A DNA stretch of 64,000 nt from the IMG/VR virus record IMGVR_UViG_3300021406_000012, positions 13,962 through 77,961 of that record, one strand, 5' to 3'. The position numbers and the translations under genes were made by a program. This stretch comes from a virus. How positions within the stretch are numbered: position 1 is the first letter of the stretch; every line of letters begins with the position of its first letter. Under the pieces are notes generated by a model. The model had not been told where the DNA came from. It saw only the letters and a program-made list of their open reading frames with translations, and ran no database searches. Of the stretch, positions 38,088 through 47,406 are shown piece by piece.

Positions 38088-40007
38088 ATGGCCGCGCTCC
38101 CCGACGATCTGATCGACCCAGCCCCGCCGCCTGCCGCGAGTGCGCCTCCTGGGGGTTCGTCGCTCCCTAACGATCTGATTGATCCGGCGGGGTCGGCTCC
38201 TACTACTGGGGGCGACGCCGACAGCCGCGCGGGGGCCTTTGGCTATGGCGTGATCAAGGGCGTCCCTTTCGGATCGCAGATCGCCTCGGCTGGAAACGTC
38301 GCCGTCGGGGCGCTCGGCCGCAAGCTAGACGAATGGGGCCTTCTCAACGAAGACCAGAAGAAAGCTATCGGGGGGCTGCCGCAGGATTATTCCTCGGCAA
38401 GCGAGGCGCTGGCCGCAAAGGGCGGACAGGCGGCGGCTGAGCATCCCTGGCTGGAAGCAGCGGGAACGATGGTCCCTGGAGTCGTCTCTGGGGTTGGCAC
38501 GTCGGCCAAAGGGGCGGCGCTGCTTGGCGGAACAACTGGGCTCGGCGAGGGCCTGAACGAAGGCGACAGCCCGCTCACCGTGGCGGGTAAGACGGCCCTT
38601 GGCACAGGGCTCGGATATGGGGCCGCCAAGCTCGCCAGCGCACTGCCGATCGCTGGGGATAAGACCCGCCAAGCCGTCCTCGACGCCGCAAATCGGCTTG
38701 GCGTCAAGATGCCGCGCTATTCGGTTTCGACGAGCCCGCTCATCAAGCGCGCGGGCATGATTGGGCAGAGCGTTCCCGGCATGTCGACGCCGCTTGAACA
38801 CGCCACCCAGGAATCGACGGAGGGAATGGGCGAGGCCGCCGCATACTTGGCTGGCCCCGCAACACAGCAAAGCGCTGGCGCGGCAGCGAGCACAGGCCTC
38901 AAGAATTGGATCGGCACGACCTCAAAAAACGACCTCGACGCCGCTTACAACCGCGTTGCCCAGTCGATGAACCCAAGCACCACAACGCCGCTGTCCGCGA
39001 CCCGGTCTATCGCCAGTCAGATCTTCCAACGCCGACAAGCCGCCGGTCTGTCGGGCACGGGAGGTGCTATCGATCACGTCTTGGACGCGCTCCAGCGCCC
39101 AGGCGGGCTGACGTACAGCGGCATTAAAGATTTGCGGTCGAGCGTCGGCGAAATGATGGATCAGAGCATCCTTCCGCAGGGCATGTCGGGGGCTGAGCTG
39201 AAGCAAATCTACGGCGGCTTGAGCAGCGACCTTGATAGCTCAGCGCTCAACGCGGGCGGCCAATCAGGGCTCCAGGAGCACCAAGCCGCGAACGCTCTCG
39301 CGAAAAACATCAGTGATCGGCGCGCGCAGCTCACCCAGCTCCTGGGCGGCCCGAAGGGGGACGCCTCTGATGAAGCGGTGTTCGGGGCGATCCAGCGCGC
39401 AGCTGGCTCGAAAAGCTCGGCGGACATCGATCTCTTGCGGCAGGCGCAGGGAGCCGTCACGCCGCAAAGCTGGAAGGAACTGTCTCAAGGGTTCATTTCG
39501 CGCCTCGGGCGCGACGCTGATGGCAATTTTAGCCCGCAGCGGTTCATCACCGACTACGGGAAAATCTCTGACGCCGCTAAGCCGGTCCTGTTCGGCGGCG
39601 GCATGCAACAGCCTCTGGAAGATCTCGCGAACGTGTCGAGGCAGTGGAAGAGCCTCTACAAATACGCCAATCCATCAGGAACGGCGGGGCACGGCGCCGG
39701 AATCGGCATGGCGATCGAGGGCTGGCGCCACCCGCTCAAAACGCTCGCGGCGTACATGACGGGAGGCGCGCTCGGGAAATTCCTGGCGACCCCTGCGGGC
39801 GCTGGAGCTTCCTCAAATTGGGTGCAGGCGGTGGGCTCGGGAAATCTCAATACGATCCGCAACGCGGCGCAGCGGATCTCTGGGACCGCAGGCGCGCAGC
39901 TCGGCGCGCGGATCGATCCGATGGCCCTAGCCGCAGCAGCGATGACGCGGGAAGAAGAGGGGGAAGGGCACGGCGGTGATGATTCAGGCGGGGCGCAGCC
40001 TCAATGA
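38088..40007 (+). CDS. DNA ejection/transfer protein
   Basis: Ala/Gly-rich; FSPQRF...NPSGTA C-terminal pattern; last gene of the virion module. Confidence 0.7.
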   Translation: MAALPDDLIDPAPPPAASAPPGGSSLPNDLIDPAGSAPTTGGDADSRAGAFGYGVIKGVPFGSQIASAGNVAVGALGRKLDEWGLLNEDQKKAIGGLPQDYSSASEALAAKGGQAAAEHPWLEAAGTMVPGVVSGVGTSAKGAALLGGTTGLGEGLNEGDSPLTVAGKTALGTGLGYGAAKLASALPIAGDKTRQAVLDAANRLGVKMPRYSVSTSPLIKRAGMIGQSVPGMSTPLEHATQESTEGMGEAAAYLAGPATQQSAGAAASTGLKNWIGTTSKNDLDAAYNRVAQSMNPSTTTPLSATRSIASQIFQRRQAAGLSGTGGAIDHVLDALQRPGGLTYSGIKDLRSSVGEMMDQSILPQGMSGAELKQIYGGLSSDLDSSALNAGGQSGLQEHQAANALAKNISDRRAQLTQLLGGPKGDASDEAVFGAIQRAAGSKSSADIDLLRQAQGAVTPQSWKELSQGFISRLGRDADGNFSPQRFITDYGKISDAAKPVLFGGGMQQPLEDLANVSRQWKSLYKYANPSGTAGHGAGIGMAIEGWRHPLKTLAAYMTGGALGKFLATPAGAGASSNWVQAVGSGNLNTIRNAAQRISGTAGAQLGARIDPMALAAAAMTREEEGEGHGGDDSGGAQPQ

Positions 40008-40210
40008 GGGCGGCCGAAGGCCTGACGAATGCGCTCCCGGCGCTCTTCAATCTCTTCTGGGCGAGGGCGAGAGGAAATGCGCGGCGGCTTAAAGACCGTC
40101 GTAGCTGCGCTGGCCGCGCCGAAAACGAGCCATAGGGCGAGTATCAACCATCCGAGAGGCCCAGCAAATATCGCGATTATGACGAACAAGCCGTCGAAAT
40201 CATCACTCAT
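40001..40210 (-). CDS. Small membrane protein
   Basis: Hydrophobic segment; RBS lies within the 25-bp repeat. Confidence 0.6.
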   Translation of the reverse strand: MSDDFDGLFVIIAIFAGPLGWLILALWLVFGAASAATTVFKPPRISSRPRPEEIEERRERIRQAFGRPH

Positions 40211-40313
40211 CGCCCTATCTCCCCGGCTTCTCGTTGGGTAAGGTGATGATGATCGGCTGCGGAGCGGGTTGATGGGCGTTCAAGAAGGTCACGACCACGC
40301 CGCCAATGAATGA

Positions 40314-40565
40314 TCATGCTCGTTCCTCGCCGAGCAAGCCGGGGATAATCGGCTGCGGCGCCAGTTTGGGCTTAGGCAGCTTCCGCCGGATTTTTGCCTG
40401 AACCTGTAGCGCCACCCGCGAGATGGTAAGCTCTCGGCGTCTGGCGCGAGCAATTTTCGGATATGCTCCCTGCGCGATCAAGGTGTGGTTGATCGGCTTG
40501 CCCGCTGCGATGGCGTCAGCCACCATGCGGTTTAACAATTCATTTGATGCTGGATCGCGTTGCAT
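40314..40565 (-). CDS. Hypothetical basic protein
   Basis: ORF divergent from wHTH gene 1; start uncertain. Confidence 0.5.
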   Translation of the reverse strand: MQRDPASNELLNRMVADAIAAGKPINHTLIAQGAYPKIARARRRELTISRVALQVQAKIRRKLPKPKLAPQPIIPGLLGEERA

Positions 40566-40637
40566 CGAATCACCATTCACTGCTTCCGCGATCTGCTCTA
40601 TAATAAATGATCGCTGAATGCAATTGGATAGATATAA

Positions 40638-40904
40638 ATGGAACGCGGTCAGGGAAAGATTCAAAAGGCTGTCATCGTCGCGCTCGGAGAAGGTCCGAAA
40701 TCGGTCCGTGAGCTAATGCAGGGCATCTACCACAGTGATCTGCACAAGCATGGCGTCGGCATTCGGCAGGCCTTGCGCCAATTGGCCGAAGCAGGAACCG
40801 TCAAAGTGAGCGACATCTACGCCAGTGAGGACGGCTCGCGGTGTTGGGTGCTCGCGGACGCACGGATGCGCAGTCCGCAGCCGCATCTAAGGCAAATCAA
40901 ATGA
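40638..40904 (+). CDS. Small winged-HTH-like protein, paralog 1
   Basis: MERGQG..Q...SVRELMQ...IRQALRQL...CW...ARMRS. Confidence 0.65.
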   Translation: MERGQGKIQKAVIVALGEGPKSVRELMQGIYHSDLHKHGVGIRQALRQLAEAGTVKVSDIYASEDGSRCWVLADARMRSPQPHLRQIK

Positions 40905-40918
40905 TGATCTGGTGAGGT

Positions 40919-41074
40919 TCAGTGAAGAAGGCCGAGCCAGTGGAAGAACTCGGCCGACTCGCCGAGGACGGCAAGGGCGACGATCGGAATCCAAAACCCT
41001 TTCGGCGGCTGCTGGGCGGGCGGCTTCTCCCTCGACGAGAAACTGAACGGGTGCGGGAAAATGATGAACCACAT
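40919..41074 (-). CDS. Small membrane protein
   Basis: Starts in repeat copy 2; hydrophobic segment. Confidence 0.55.
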   Translation of the reverse strand: MWFIIFPHPFSFSSREKPPAQQPPKGFWIPIVALAVLGESAEFFHWLGLLH

Positions 41075-41078
41075 CGCC

Positions 41079-41507
41079 CTATCTCCCCAGCTTCTCTTTG
41101 ACGGCGGACTCCAAGCTGGCGAACGCATCGATCAGGATGTCGAACTTGGCGTCCAGCACGTCCAATTTCGCGCGGAGTTCTTTGCCGCTCAGTACGTCTG
41201 GAAACGGCACGCGCGTCGGGCGCGATCGGCGCAAGGCGGCCATATCGGCGCGCCATGCCTCGCTTTCGTGCGCGCCTTTCTCAAGCTCGGCCACGAGTTC
41301 CGGCGGCACGTACATGCGCCGTTCAAGATCGGTCAGGCGGGCCTCGATGGCGGCCAGACGGGCTTCTTCTGCTTCTATGATCTGGCAGATGAACTCGTTG
41401 AGCGCGTCCTGACCATAATCATGAACCAGTTTGGCTACGATCGCCCTCGCATCGTTGGCTCCGCCCAAATCGCTTCGCGCCTGGAAAATGTCAGATCGAC
41501 TGATCAT
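41079..41507 (-). CDS. Coiled-coil hypothetical protein
   Basis: AAGGA RBS. Confidence 0.65.
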   Translation of the reverse strand: MISRSDIFQARSDLGGANDARAIVAKLVHDYGQDALNEFICQIIEAEEARLAAIEARLTDLERRMYVPPELVAELEKGAHESEAWRADMAALRRSRPTRVPFPDVLSGKELRAKLDVLDAKFDILIDAFASLESAVKEKLGR

Positions 41508-41581
41508 TTTTATGCGTCCTTTTAAGCCACGATCTGTGGCATAACCCCTTGTGGATGAGGACGCAATAGGACGTATAGAAA

Positions 41582-41872
41582 ATGGGGCGTGGACTGGGCG
41601 ACTACCAACTTAAGGCTCTCGATTGGCTTCGACAGGTGCCTGACCGGACGCTGCTTGAGATCACCACGGCGGTCTTGGGCAAGTCGGATCTAACGCCTAA
41701 CGAAGTGCGGACTTTGCGGCGGGCTGTGAGCGCGTTAGAAAAACGCAAGCTGATTAAACGCAATGGCCTAAATAAACGTGGCCAGGAATGTTGGACGATA
41801 ACCTCACGCGCGCGACTGCGATCAGCAAAGCCGCTTAGACCGGCTCTCTTCACGCCGACTGTCGTCAAATGA
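41582..41872 (+). CDS. Small winged-HTH-like protein, paralog 2
   Basis: MGRGLG..Q...TLLEIT...LRRAVSAL...CW...ARLRS. Confidence 0.65.
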   Translation: MGRGLGDYQLKALDWLRQVPDRTLLEITTAVLGKSDLTPNEVRTLRRAVSALEKRKLIKRNGLNKRGQECWTITSRARLRSAKPLRPALFTPTVVK

Positions 41873-41973
41873 GGGGATCGGTGACTTCGCGCGTTGACGG
41901 TAGCCCGGGCGTCATCGAATCGTGCTACTCGCAAGGCGCTGAAAGGGAAGAAACCCCCCAAAGGAGAAACGTA

Positions 41974-42663
41974 ATGGCAAGAGGACGACAGCTAGTCTGG
42001 ATCACTCCAGTGCATTTTGATCATCAGGGACGTCCGGTCGACCCGGACTATGGCATTGATGAGGGCGGGCATCCCGACCAGGGGCTTCCCGGCGGATTCC
42101 CCGGCTTCCCCGACCGCCCGGGGCATCTTCCCTCGCGTCCTGGGCGTCCGATCGATCCTGGCTTTGGCTGGGGCGGCGGCGAGCATCCCGGCAATCGGCC
42201 TCCGGGTTCGTGGGGCGGTCGCCCTGTCGACCCCGGCTACGGCGTCGAGGGCGGCGGCGAGGCGGGTCACCTCCCTGTCTTCCCGGTCGATCCCGAGCAC
42301 CCTGAAGTGATGCCCCCGATGGTGCCCCCGGGCATTCCGGAGCTGCCCCCGGGCTCGATCTGGCCGCCGTTGCCGCCCAGCATTCCTCCCGGCAAGGCGG
42401 TTGTGGCGATCTATATTTCCGGCGTCGGCTCGCGCTGGGCGGTGGTCGATATTCCGGAGCGACCAGAGGGTCCGGAAGTCGAACCGCCGGAGGGCGGCGA
42501 GTATCCCGACCAAGGGTTGCCCGGTGGCGGACGGCCTACTCGGCCGCCCGCTCGGCCCCCGACCGCCGGCCAGCCCCTGCCCCCGACCCGGCCTGGGATT
42601 CCGCCGCGTCCAGGCCAGGGCTTGCCTCCGACCCCGCCTCAGAGGCCGGAGCCAAAGCGGTAA
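41974..42663 (+). CDS. Pro/Gly-rich repeat protein
   Basis: RP[VI]DP.[YF]G x3, PDQGLPG x2; AAGGAG RBS. Confidence 0.75.
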   Translation: MARGRQLVWITPVHFDHQGRPVDPDYGIDEGGHPDQGLPGGFPGFPDRPGHLPSRPGRPIDPGFGWGGGEHPGNRPPGSWGGRPVDPGYGVEGGGEAGHLPVFPVDPEHPEVMPPMVPPGIPELPPGSIWPPLPPSIPPGKAVVAIYISGVGSRWAVVDIPERPEGPEVEPPEGGEYPDQGLPGGGRPTRPPARPPTAGQPLPPTRPGIPPRPGQGLPPTPPQRPEPKR

Positions 42664-42711
42664 AAGACGCCGAATCGCTGAGGTCTCTCGCGCAGAGGCG
42701 GTAGGCGATTA

Positions 42712-42762
42712 AAGCGGCGGCGGCGCGTTCCTCCCACGGCGCCGTCGCTGCCGACTTTTTTT
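42712..42762 (+). terminator. Intrinsic terminator
   Basis: gcggcggcggcg / cgccgtcgctgc stem followed by a T7 tract. Confidence 0.65.
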
Positions 42763-42866
42763 CGTCGAAATTGCGACGGATTTGGCGCCCCGTGCGAGTG
42801 AGTGTTATCAAACTGTGTTTGTAGAGTTGTAGGGGGGACCTACAGCTCAAAACATGGGATGATGTA

Positions 42867-43523
42867 ATGCACAAGCTTCTTTTGTCCGCCGCGATGCTCG
42901 CTGCGATCGGCGTTTCGCCCGCTCATGCGACGCTGCAAATCGAGATCTTCGATAATGGGACGCTGATCGACAACGTCACGGGGATCACCACGGGCGCGGC
43001 GAGCCTCACCACCAACGACGCCAACTTCGCCAACATCACCATCAACGCGCAGGGCTCACCCATCCTGCCCAATGCGGACCTGTCCAGCGTCACGCTCGAC
43101 GCCACCGCCTCGGCCGGCTTCACGGGTTCGCACGAACTGACGTTCGATGTCATTCAAAGCGCCGTGGCTGGGACCGGGAACACGCAATCGACCTTCACGG
43201 TCAACGGGCTGGTCAACGATCCTGGCCCGACGACCGAATCGACCTTCGCCAATGGAGCGCTGCTCGCTACGCACACGTTCCCTGTCGGGCTGCTTGACGG
43301 CTCTTTTGGGCCGGTCTCGGCAGCGACTGGTGCATTCACCGAGGATGAAATCCAATTCGCCGTCGACTTCACGGCAGCGCGGCAATCGTTCGGCGGTTCG
43401 GCCCAGCTAACGACTAGCATTCCAGAGACGAAGACCTGGGCGATGATGCTGCTCGGCTTCGGCCTGATGGCGTTCCTTGGTGTCAGGAAGTCCCGCAAGG
43501 ACAGGTTGGCCGCATTCGCATAG
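42867..43523 (+). CDS. PEP-CTERM (PEPxxWA-type) sorting-domain protein
   Basis: Signal peptide ending AHA; C-terminal IPETKTWAMMLLGFGLMAFLGVRKSRK. Confidence 0.88.
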   Translation: MHKLLLSAAMLAAIGVSPAHATLQIEIFDNGTLIDNVTGITTGAASLTTNDANFANITINAQGSPILPNADLSSVTLDATASAGFTGSHELTFDVIQSAVAGTGNTQSTFTVNGLVNDPGPTTESTFANGALLATHTFPVGLLDGSFGPVSAATGAFTEDEIQFAVDFTAARQSFGGSAQLTTSIPETKTWAMMLLGFGLMAFLGVRKSRKDRLAAFA

Positions 43524-43634
43524 GGGCGGGCGTAGGGCTGGGGCTTTTTCAACGAAATTTATCAATTCCGGACGCTCTATTTGCGTCCGGATTCCGGGGC
43601 GACGGCTTCGCCCATTAAAGGCATGGGTGACAAT

Positions 43635-43925
43635 ATGAAGCGCATTTTGTTTGCTACGGTTGCTTTCTTGGCTCTCGGCGCATCGGCTTATGCCGGTTCG
43701 GCAGCGGTCGGCGCGGCCACGTCCACGTCGAGCGTCGTCACGGTCGGCCGTGGCGCCGGTTCGGCCTCGAACGCCTCGATCGGCGCAGGCCTTGGTATCT
43801 CCACCCCGCACGTCAGCGTTGGCGTCGGCGCAGCGACCACCAACTCGGCGGGCGCGAGCGTTGGCCATGCCGCTACGTTCACCAGCGGTTCGGCGCTCGG
43901 CACGGGCCTCGCGGGCACGTTCTGA
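43635..43925 (+). CDS. Small secreted Ala/Ser/Gly/Thr-rich protein
   Basis: Signal peptide ending SAYA. Confidence 0.75.
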   Translation: MKRILFATVAFLALGASAYAGSAAVGAATSTSSVVTVGRGAGSASNASIGAGLGISTPHVSVGVGAATTNSAGASVGHAATFTSGSALGTGLAGTF

Positions 43926-43940
43926 TCATCTGAGGTTTGC

Positions 43941-43983
43941 AACCCCCGCTCCAACGACAGGGGCGGGGGTTCTTCTCTTTTTC
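43941..43983 (+). terminator. Intrinsic terminator-like hairpin
   Basis: aacccccgc / gcgggggtt followed by a T-rich tail. Confidence 0.65.
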
Positions 43984-43996
43984 GGAGGAAGCTCAC

Positions 43997-44350
43997 ATGA
44001 AGCGCGCGACCGCATTTCTCATTTCGACGGTGCTCGCGTCAGCAGCTTACGCTGGCACGACGCTGCCTAAGCCTCCCACCGCGCCCACGGCTGCGGGGAT
44101 GGGCGTCACGACCAGCATCGGCGGCGGCACTGCCGTCAGTCACAACAAGGGCGCGTCCATCTCCACCTCGGCGGGCGCCGGCAACCCATCGGCGACAGCG
44201 GCTGGGTCTTCGGCGGCGGGCACCCCTGGCTATGGGACGAGCCACGCAGCCGCAGCGGCGCTGACGGCGGCAACGGGCACAGACGGCAGCGGCGCAGCCG
44301 CAGCGGTTGGGGCTGGCAACGTCAGCAACCAAGCGGTGACCAACCCTTAA
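43997..44350 (+). CDS. Small secreted Ala/Gly/Thr-rich protein
   Basis: Signal peptide ending AAYA. Confidence 0.75.
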   Translation: MKRATAFLISTVLASAAYAGTTLPKPPTAPTAAGMGVTTSIGGGTAVSHNKGASISTSAGAGNPSATAAGSSAAGTPGYGTSHAAAAALTAATGTDGSGAAAAVGAGNVSNQAVTNP

Positions 44351-44361
44351 GGGAGGCGACA

Positions 44362-44715
44362 ATGAAGCTTTTCATTTTGCCAGCTGTCGCCGTCCTGCTC
44401 GCGACCAGCGCTTATGCGCAGGACAAATCCATCGTCCTGCCTGACGGCAGCACTCTCAGCATCGACAAATCGCCGGGAGAGATCACCGTGTCGAAAGAAG
44501 GCGAGCATCTGTCGTGGTCGCACACTGTGAGCCACAACGGCTCAGTGTCGGCCGCCGCTAACGCATCGGCGACCGGCACGAATTTCGCCTATGCGCGGGC
44601 CAGCGCGACTACCAGCGCGAAGGAAAACGCCAACGGAAAGTCCATCGACATCGCCCGCGCCCGTGCGGTGGCGATTGGCAATTTGACATCGTCGACCTCG
44701 GCGACGACCAAGTAG
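44362..44715 (+). CDS. Small secreted protein
   Basis: Signal peptide ending SAYA; alternating A-x-A-x-A strands. Confidence 0.75.
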   Translation: MKLFILPAVAVLLATSAYAQDKSIVLPDGSTLSIDKSPGEITVSKEGEHLSWSHTVSHNGSVSAAANASATGTNFAYARASATTSAKENANGKSIDIARARAVAIGNLTSSTSATTK

Positions 44716-44735
44716 TTCTATGACGGGGGAAAGCC

Positions 44736-45482
44736 ATGCATACGGCGGCCCGGTATTCTCTAGCGTTGGCAGGGCCGATGCTGGTGATGCTGTGGTTCGT
44801 CGAAACGCTGGCTGACCCCGTCCCTGGCCGCATCCACCGGATCGCCGAAGACGCTGACTATTTCGTTTCATCGGTCACTGAGGCGGTTAAAGCGATTTAC
44901 GGCATGCCTTGGCCGCCGGGTAAGAAGCCGCCACATCGTCCTGTCTCGAAGAAGGTGCGCGAAGTGCGCCGTCCGCTGAACTTGGGCGGGCCGATCAACC
45001 AGACGAGCACCGACGAGTTCCACAAGGTCGGACCTGATTCGATCATCAATCCCTGCTACGCCTGCAACACCACCGAGCCGCCGCTGCCGTCGTTCTTTTC
45101 CGTCTCGGGAGGCGGCGGTGGCTCATCAGGCGGCGGCGGAACGCAGGACCCGACCACGCCTTGCATGACGGCGCTAGCGGGGGATGGTTCGTGCCCGACG
45201 CCGTGCGAGCCGAACGATCTGCTGTGCGACCAGAATAAGGAAGACACCGCAGCTGGCGCTCTGTCGCCGTCGCTGGAGAAGCTCCTCGATCATGGCGCCC
45301 CGGGCGTCGGCGACCCGCCCCACATTGGCGGGTTCTCGGGAGGCGGCGGAGGCGGCGGCGCAGGAGGCAGCGGCACTATCCCCGAGCCGTCCACATGGGT
45401 GATGCTGATCTTTGGCTTTGGGCTGATGGCATGGATGAGTCGACGCTCCATCGCGCGGCGGGCTTCTTCGTCAATGGACTGA
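44736..45482 (+). CDS. PEP-CTERM sorting-domain protein
   Basis: C-terminal IPEPSTWVMLIFGFGLMAWMSRR preceded by a Gly linker. Confidence 0.85.
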   Translation: MHTAARYSLALAGPMLVMLWFVETLADPVPGRIHRIAEDADYFVSSVTEAVKAIYGMPWPPGKKPPHRPVSKKVREVRRPLNLGGPINQTSTDEFHKVGPDSIINPCYACNTTEPPLPSFFSVSGGGGGSSGGGGTQDPTTPCMTALAGDGSCPTPCEPNDLLCDQNKEDTAAGALSPSLEKLLDHGAPGVGDPPHIGGFSGGGGGGGAGGSGTIPEPSTWVMLIFGFGLMAWMSRRSIARRASSSMD

Positions 45483-45683
45483 TCGCGCTCGCGCTCAGCA
45501 TGCTGATCTGGAGATTGACCGGCAACGTCTTGGGCTGGGCCGTGCTGTTCGGCCCAGGCACCGCGCTCGTGATCCGGGGCATTGTCTTGCTGGTTCTCTG
45601 ATCGTTCTCGAAGAACGAATCGCGACCGTCATCGGACTATGGCATAAGTGAGTTGGGCTAGCCGTTCGGCAATGGGGGAACCC

Positions 45684-46340
45684 ATGCCGTATGATCGTAA
45701 GCACTTCTTCGACACTGTCCGAAAGGATCTCTTTCGCGGCAACCTGACCCAGTCTCAGGTAGATGGCCAAAATTTTTTATTGGAGGTGTGGGAGAAGCAC
45801 TTCGAGGCGGCCAATCCCCGCGACGGCACCAACTGGCTGGCCTACGCGCTGGCGACTTTCTTTCACGAAACGGCTGAGACAATGCAGCCGATCGAGGAAT
45901 ACGGCAAAGGCTCCGGCAAGAGCTACGGCCAGCCGGCGGGGCCGCATGGCCAGCGATATTACGGGCGCGGCCATGTGCAGCTCACCTGGGAAGAGAACTA
46001 CAAGAACGGCCAGAAATTCCTCAAGGACCGCTACGGCGTCCACGCCAATATCCATCCCGAAGCGCACCTGATGCTCCACTCCCAGACCTCGGCCCTGGTC
46101 AGCTTCGATGGCATGGTGAATGGCTGGTTCACCGGCGTCGGCTTGCCGAAGTATTTCAACGCCTCGACTGAAGATCCGCAGCAAGCGCGCCGGATCGTCA
46201 ACGGCACGGACAAGATGGACCTGATTGCCGGCTATTACTGGAAGTTCAAGAAGGCGCTGAAACAGGTGCCTGCGACGACAATGGTCGAGGCGGAATTGCC
46301 TGGGCTCCCCGAGGCTCCGCCGATGCCAGAGCCGACATGA
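45684..46340 (+). CDS. Endolysin, glycoside hydrolase family 19 type
   Basis: LATFFHET...PIEEYG...YYGRGHVQLTWEENY...ARRIVNG. Confidence 0.88.
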   Translation: MPYDRKHFFDTVRKDLFRGNLTQSQVDGQNFLLEVWEKHFEAANPRDGTNWLAYALATFFHETAETMQPIEEYGKGSGKSYGQPAGPHGQRYYGRGHVQLTWEENYKNGQKFLKDRYGVHANIHPEAHLMLHSQTSALVSFDGMVNGWFTGVGLPKYFNASTEDPQQARRIVNGTDKMDLIAGYYWKFKKALKQVPATTMVEAELPGLPEAPPMPEPT

Positions 46341-46645
46341 CCCCCAGCGACGTCGTCCAAGCGCCTCCAATCCCGAAGCTGGTCCCCTATCCTGGGGCGA
46401 TCAGCATTGCGCTGCTCATCGTTTTTTCGACGGCCTTGATCTTTGTCATCGGCAAGTACGATCCGACCGGCGGGCCGCTCTCGATCTCGATTCTGGTCGT
46501 GCTCTCATTTATCGGGGTGGCGGTTTTTTGCTTGTTCTTCACCATCCCGAACGATGAGATTACGAGCGGCGTGATTGGCGGCCTGATCGCATCATTCGGC
46601 GCGGTGGTCGCCCACTGGCTGGGGAGAAAGGACAGCCCCAAATGA
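46337..46645 (+). CDS. Putative holin (three transmembrane segments)
   Basis: Hydrophobic; coupled to the endolysin. Confidence 0.6.
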   Translation: MTPSDVVQAPPIPKLVPYPGAISIALLIVFSTALIFVIGKYDPTGGPLSISILVVLSFIGVAVFCLFFTIPNDEITSGVIGGLIASFGAVVAHWLGRKDSPK

Positions 46646-46824
46646 GCCTCGGAACCATCCTCATCATCATCCTGATCGTGATTCTGATTGGAGGCGTCGG
46701 CCCGCGCTTCTACTCCGGCGCGCCCTGGCAACCGGGCTACGGCTTCGGCAACGGCGGCATCGGCCTCGTCGGCGTCCTGCTGATCATCGTCGTCGTCTTG
46801 CTGCTGACAGGCAGGCTAGGCTAG
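46642..46824 (+). CDS. DUF3309-like small membrane protein
   Basis: MSLGTILIIILIVILIG...GYG...GGIGLV..LLIIVVVLLL.GR. Confidence 0.75.
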   Translation: MSLGTILIIILIVILIGGVGPRFYSGAPWQPGYGFGNGGIGLVGVLLIIVVVLLLTGRLG

Positions 46825-47043
46825 TTTCGATCCACGCCCCTTCTGCGGGGCGACTCGGTTTTAAAAGAGGGAGACCGCGCTTCCGTAGGAGGTAAAAATC
46901 TATTGAAGGCGGTCTCCCGAAGTGCCCCCAGGCGAGGCGGCGCCGGGGGCAAACCGGGTTGTGGGACCCGGCTCAATTCGCGTGTAACGCAAATTTGAAC
47001 AATTTGCACGTTCTGTTTTCGCGTTAGGCCTGGGGAAATTTAC

Positions 47044-47406
47044 CTACGACAGCTCGATCAACTGCTCAGCGATGGCGTAGGCCGTGTCCGCGTCCTTCGT
47101 CGACCAGTCGCTGATCGGGCTCTCGCCCCGCCGATGGATCGCCAGCGCGACCATGAGAATGGCGTCGCGCCGCGCCTCGGAGCGCTTCTTGGCGTTGCCG
47201 TTGGCGGCGGCGGCGATGCCGTGGTCTGCGTCGCCCAGGATCTCCTTTTCGCTCGGCGGGATGGCGCCGAGCATGCGCTTGAAGGCGGGGATCTCGCGCG
47301 TGGGCTCGCGCGTCGGGGTCGCGGGGATGCCGACGCCGGCGCCGGCGCGAACCTCGGCTTGTCCTTCGATGGTGGGTCGCCACGTCTGGTTCAACTCGTC
47401 ATTCAT
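47044..47406 (-). CDS. Hypothetical protein
   Basis: Last gene of the coupled leftward operon. Confidence 0.65.
   Translation of the reverse strand: MNDELNQTWRPTIEGQAEVRAGAGVGIPATPTREPTREIPAFKRMLGAIPPSEKEILGDADHGIAAAANGNAKKRSEARRDAILMVALAIHRRGESPISDWSTKDADTAYAIAEQLIELS

Larger units (their letters stand above)
40208..41096. repeat. 25-bp direct repeat (40208-40232 and 41072-41096, one mismatch)
   Basis: catcgccctatctcccc[g/a]gcttctc. Confidence 0.85.
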
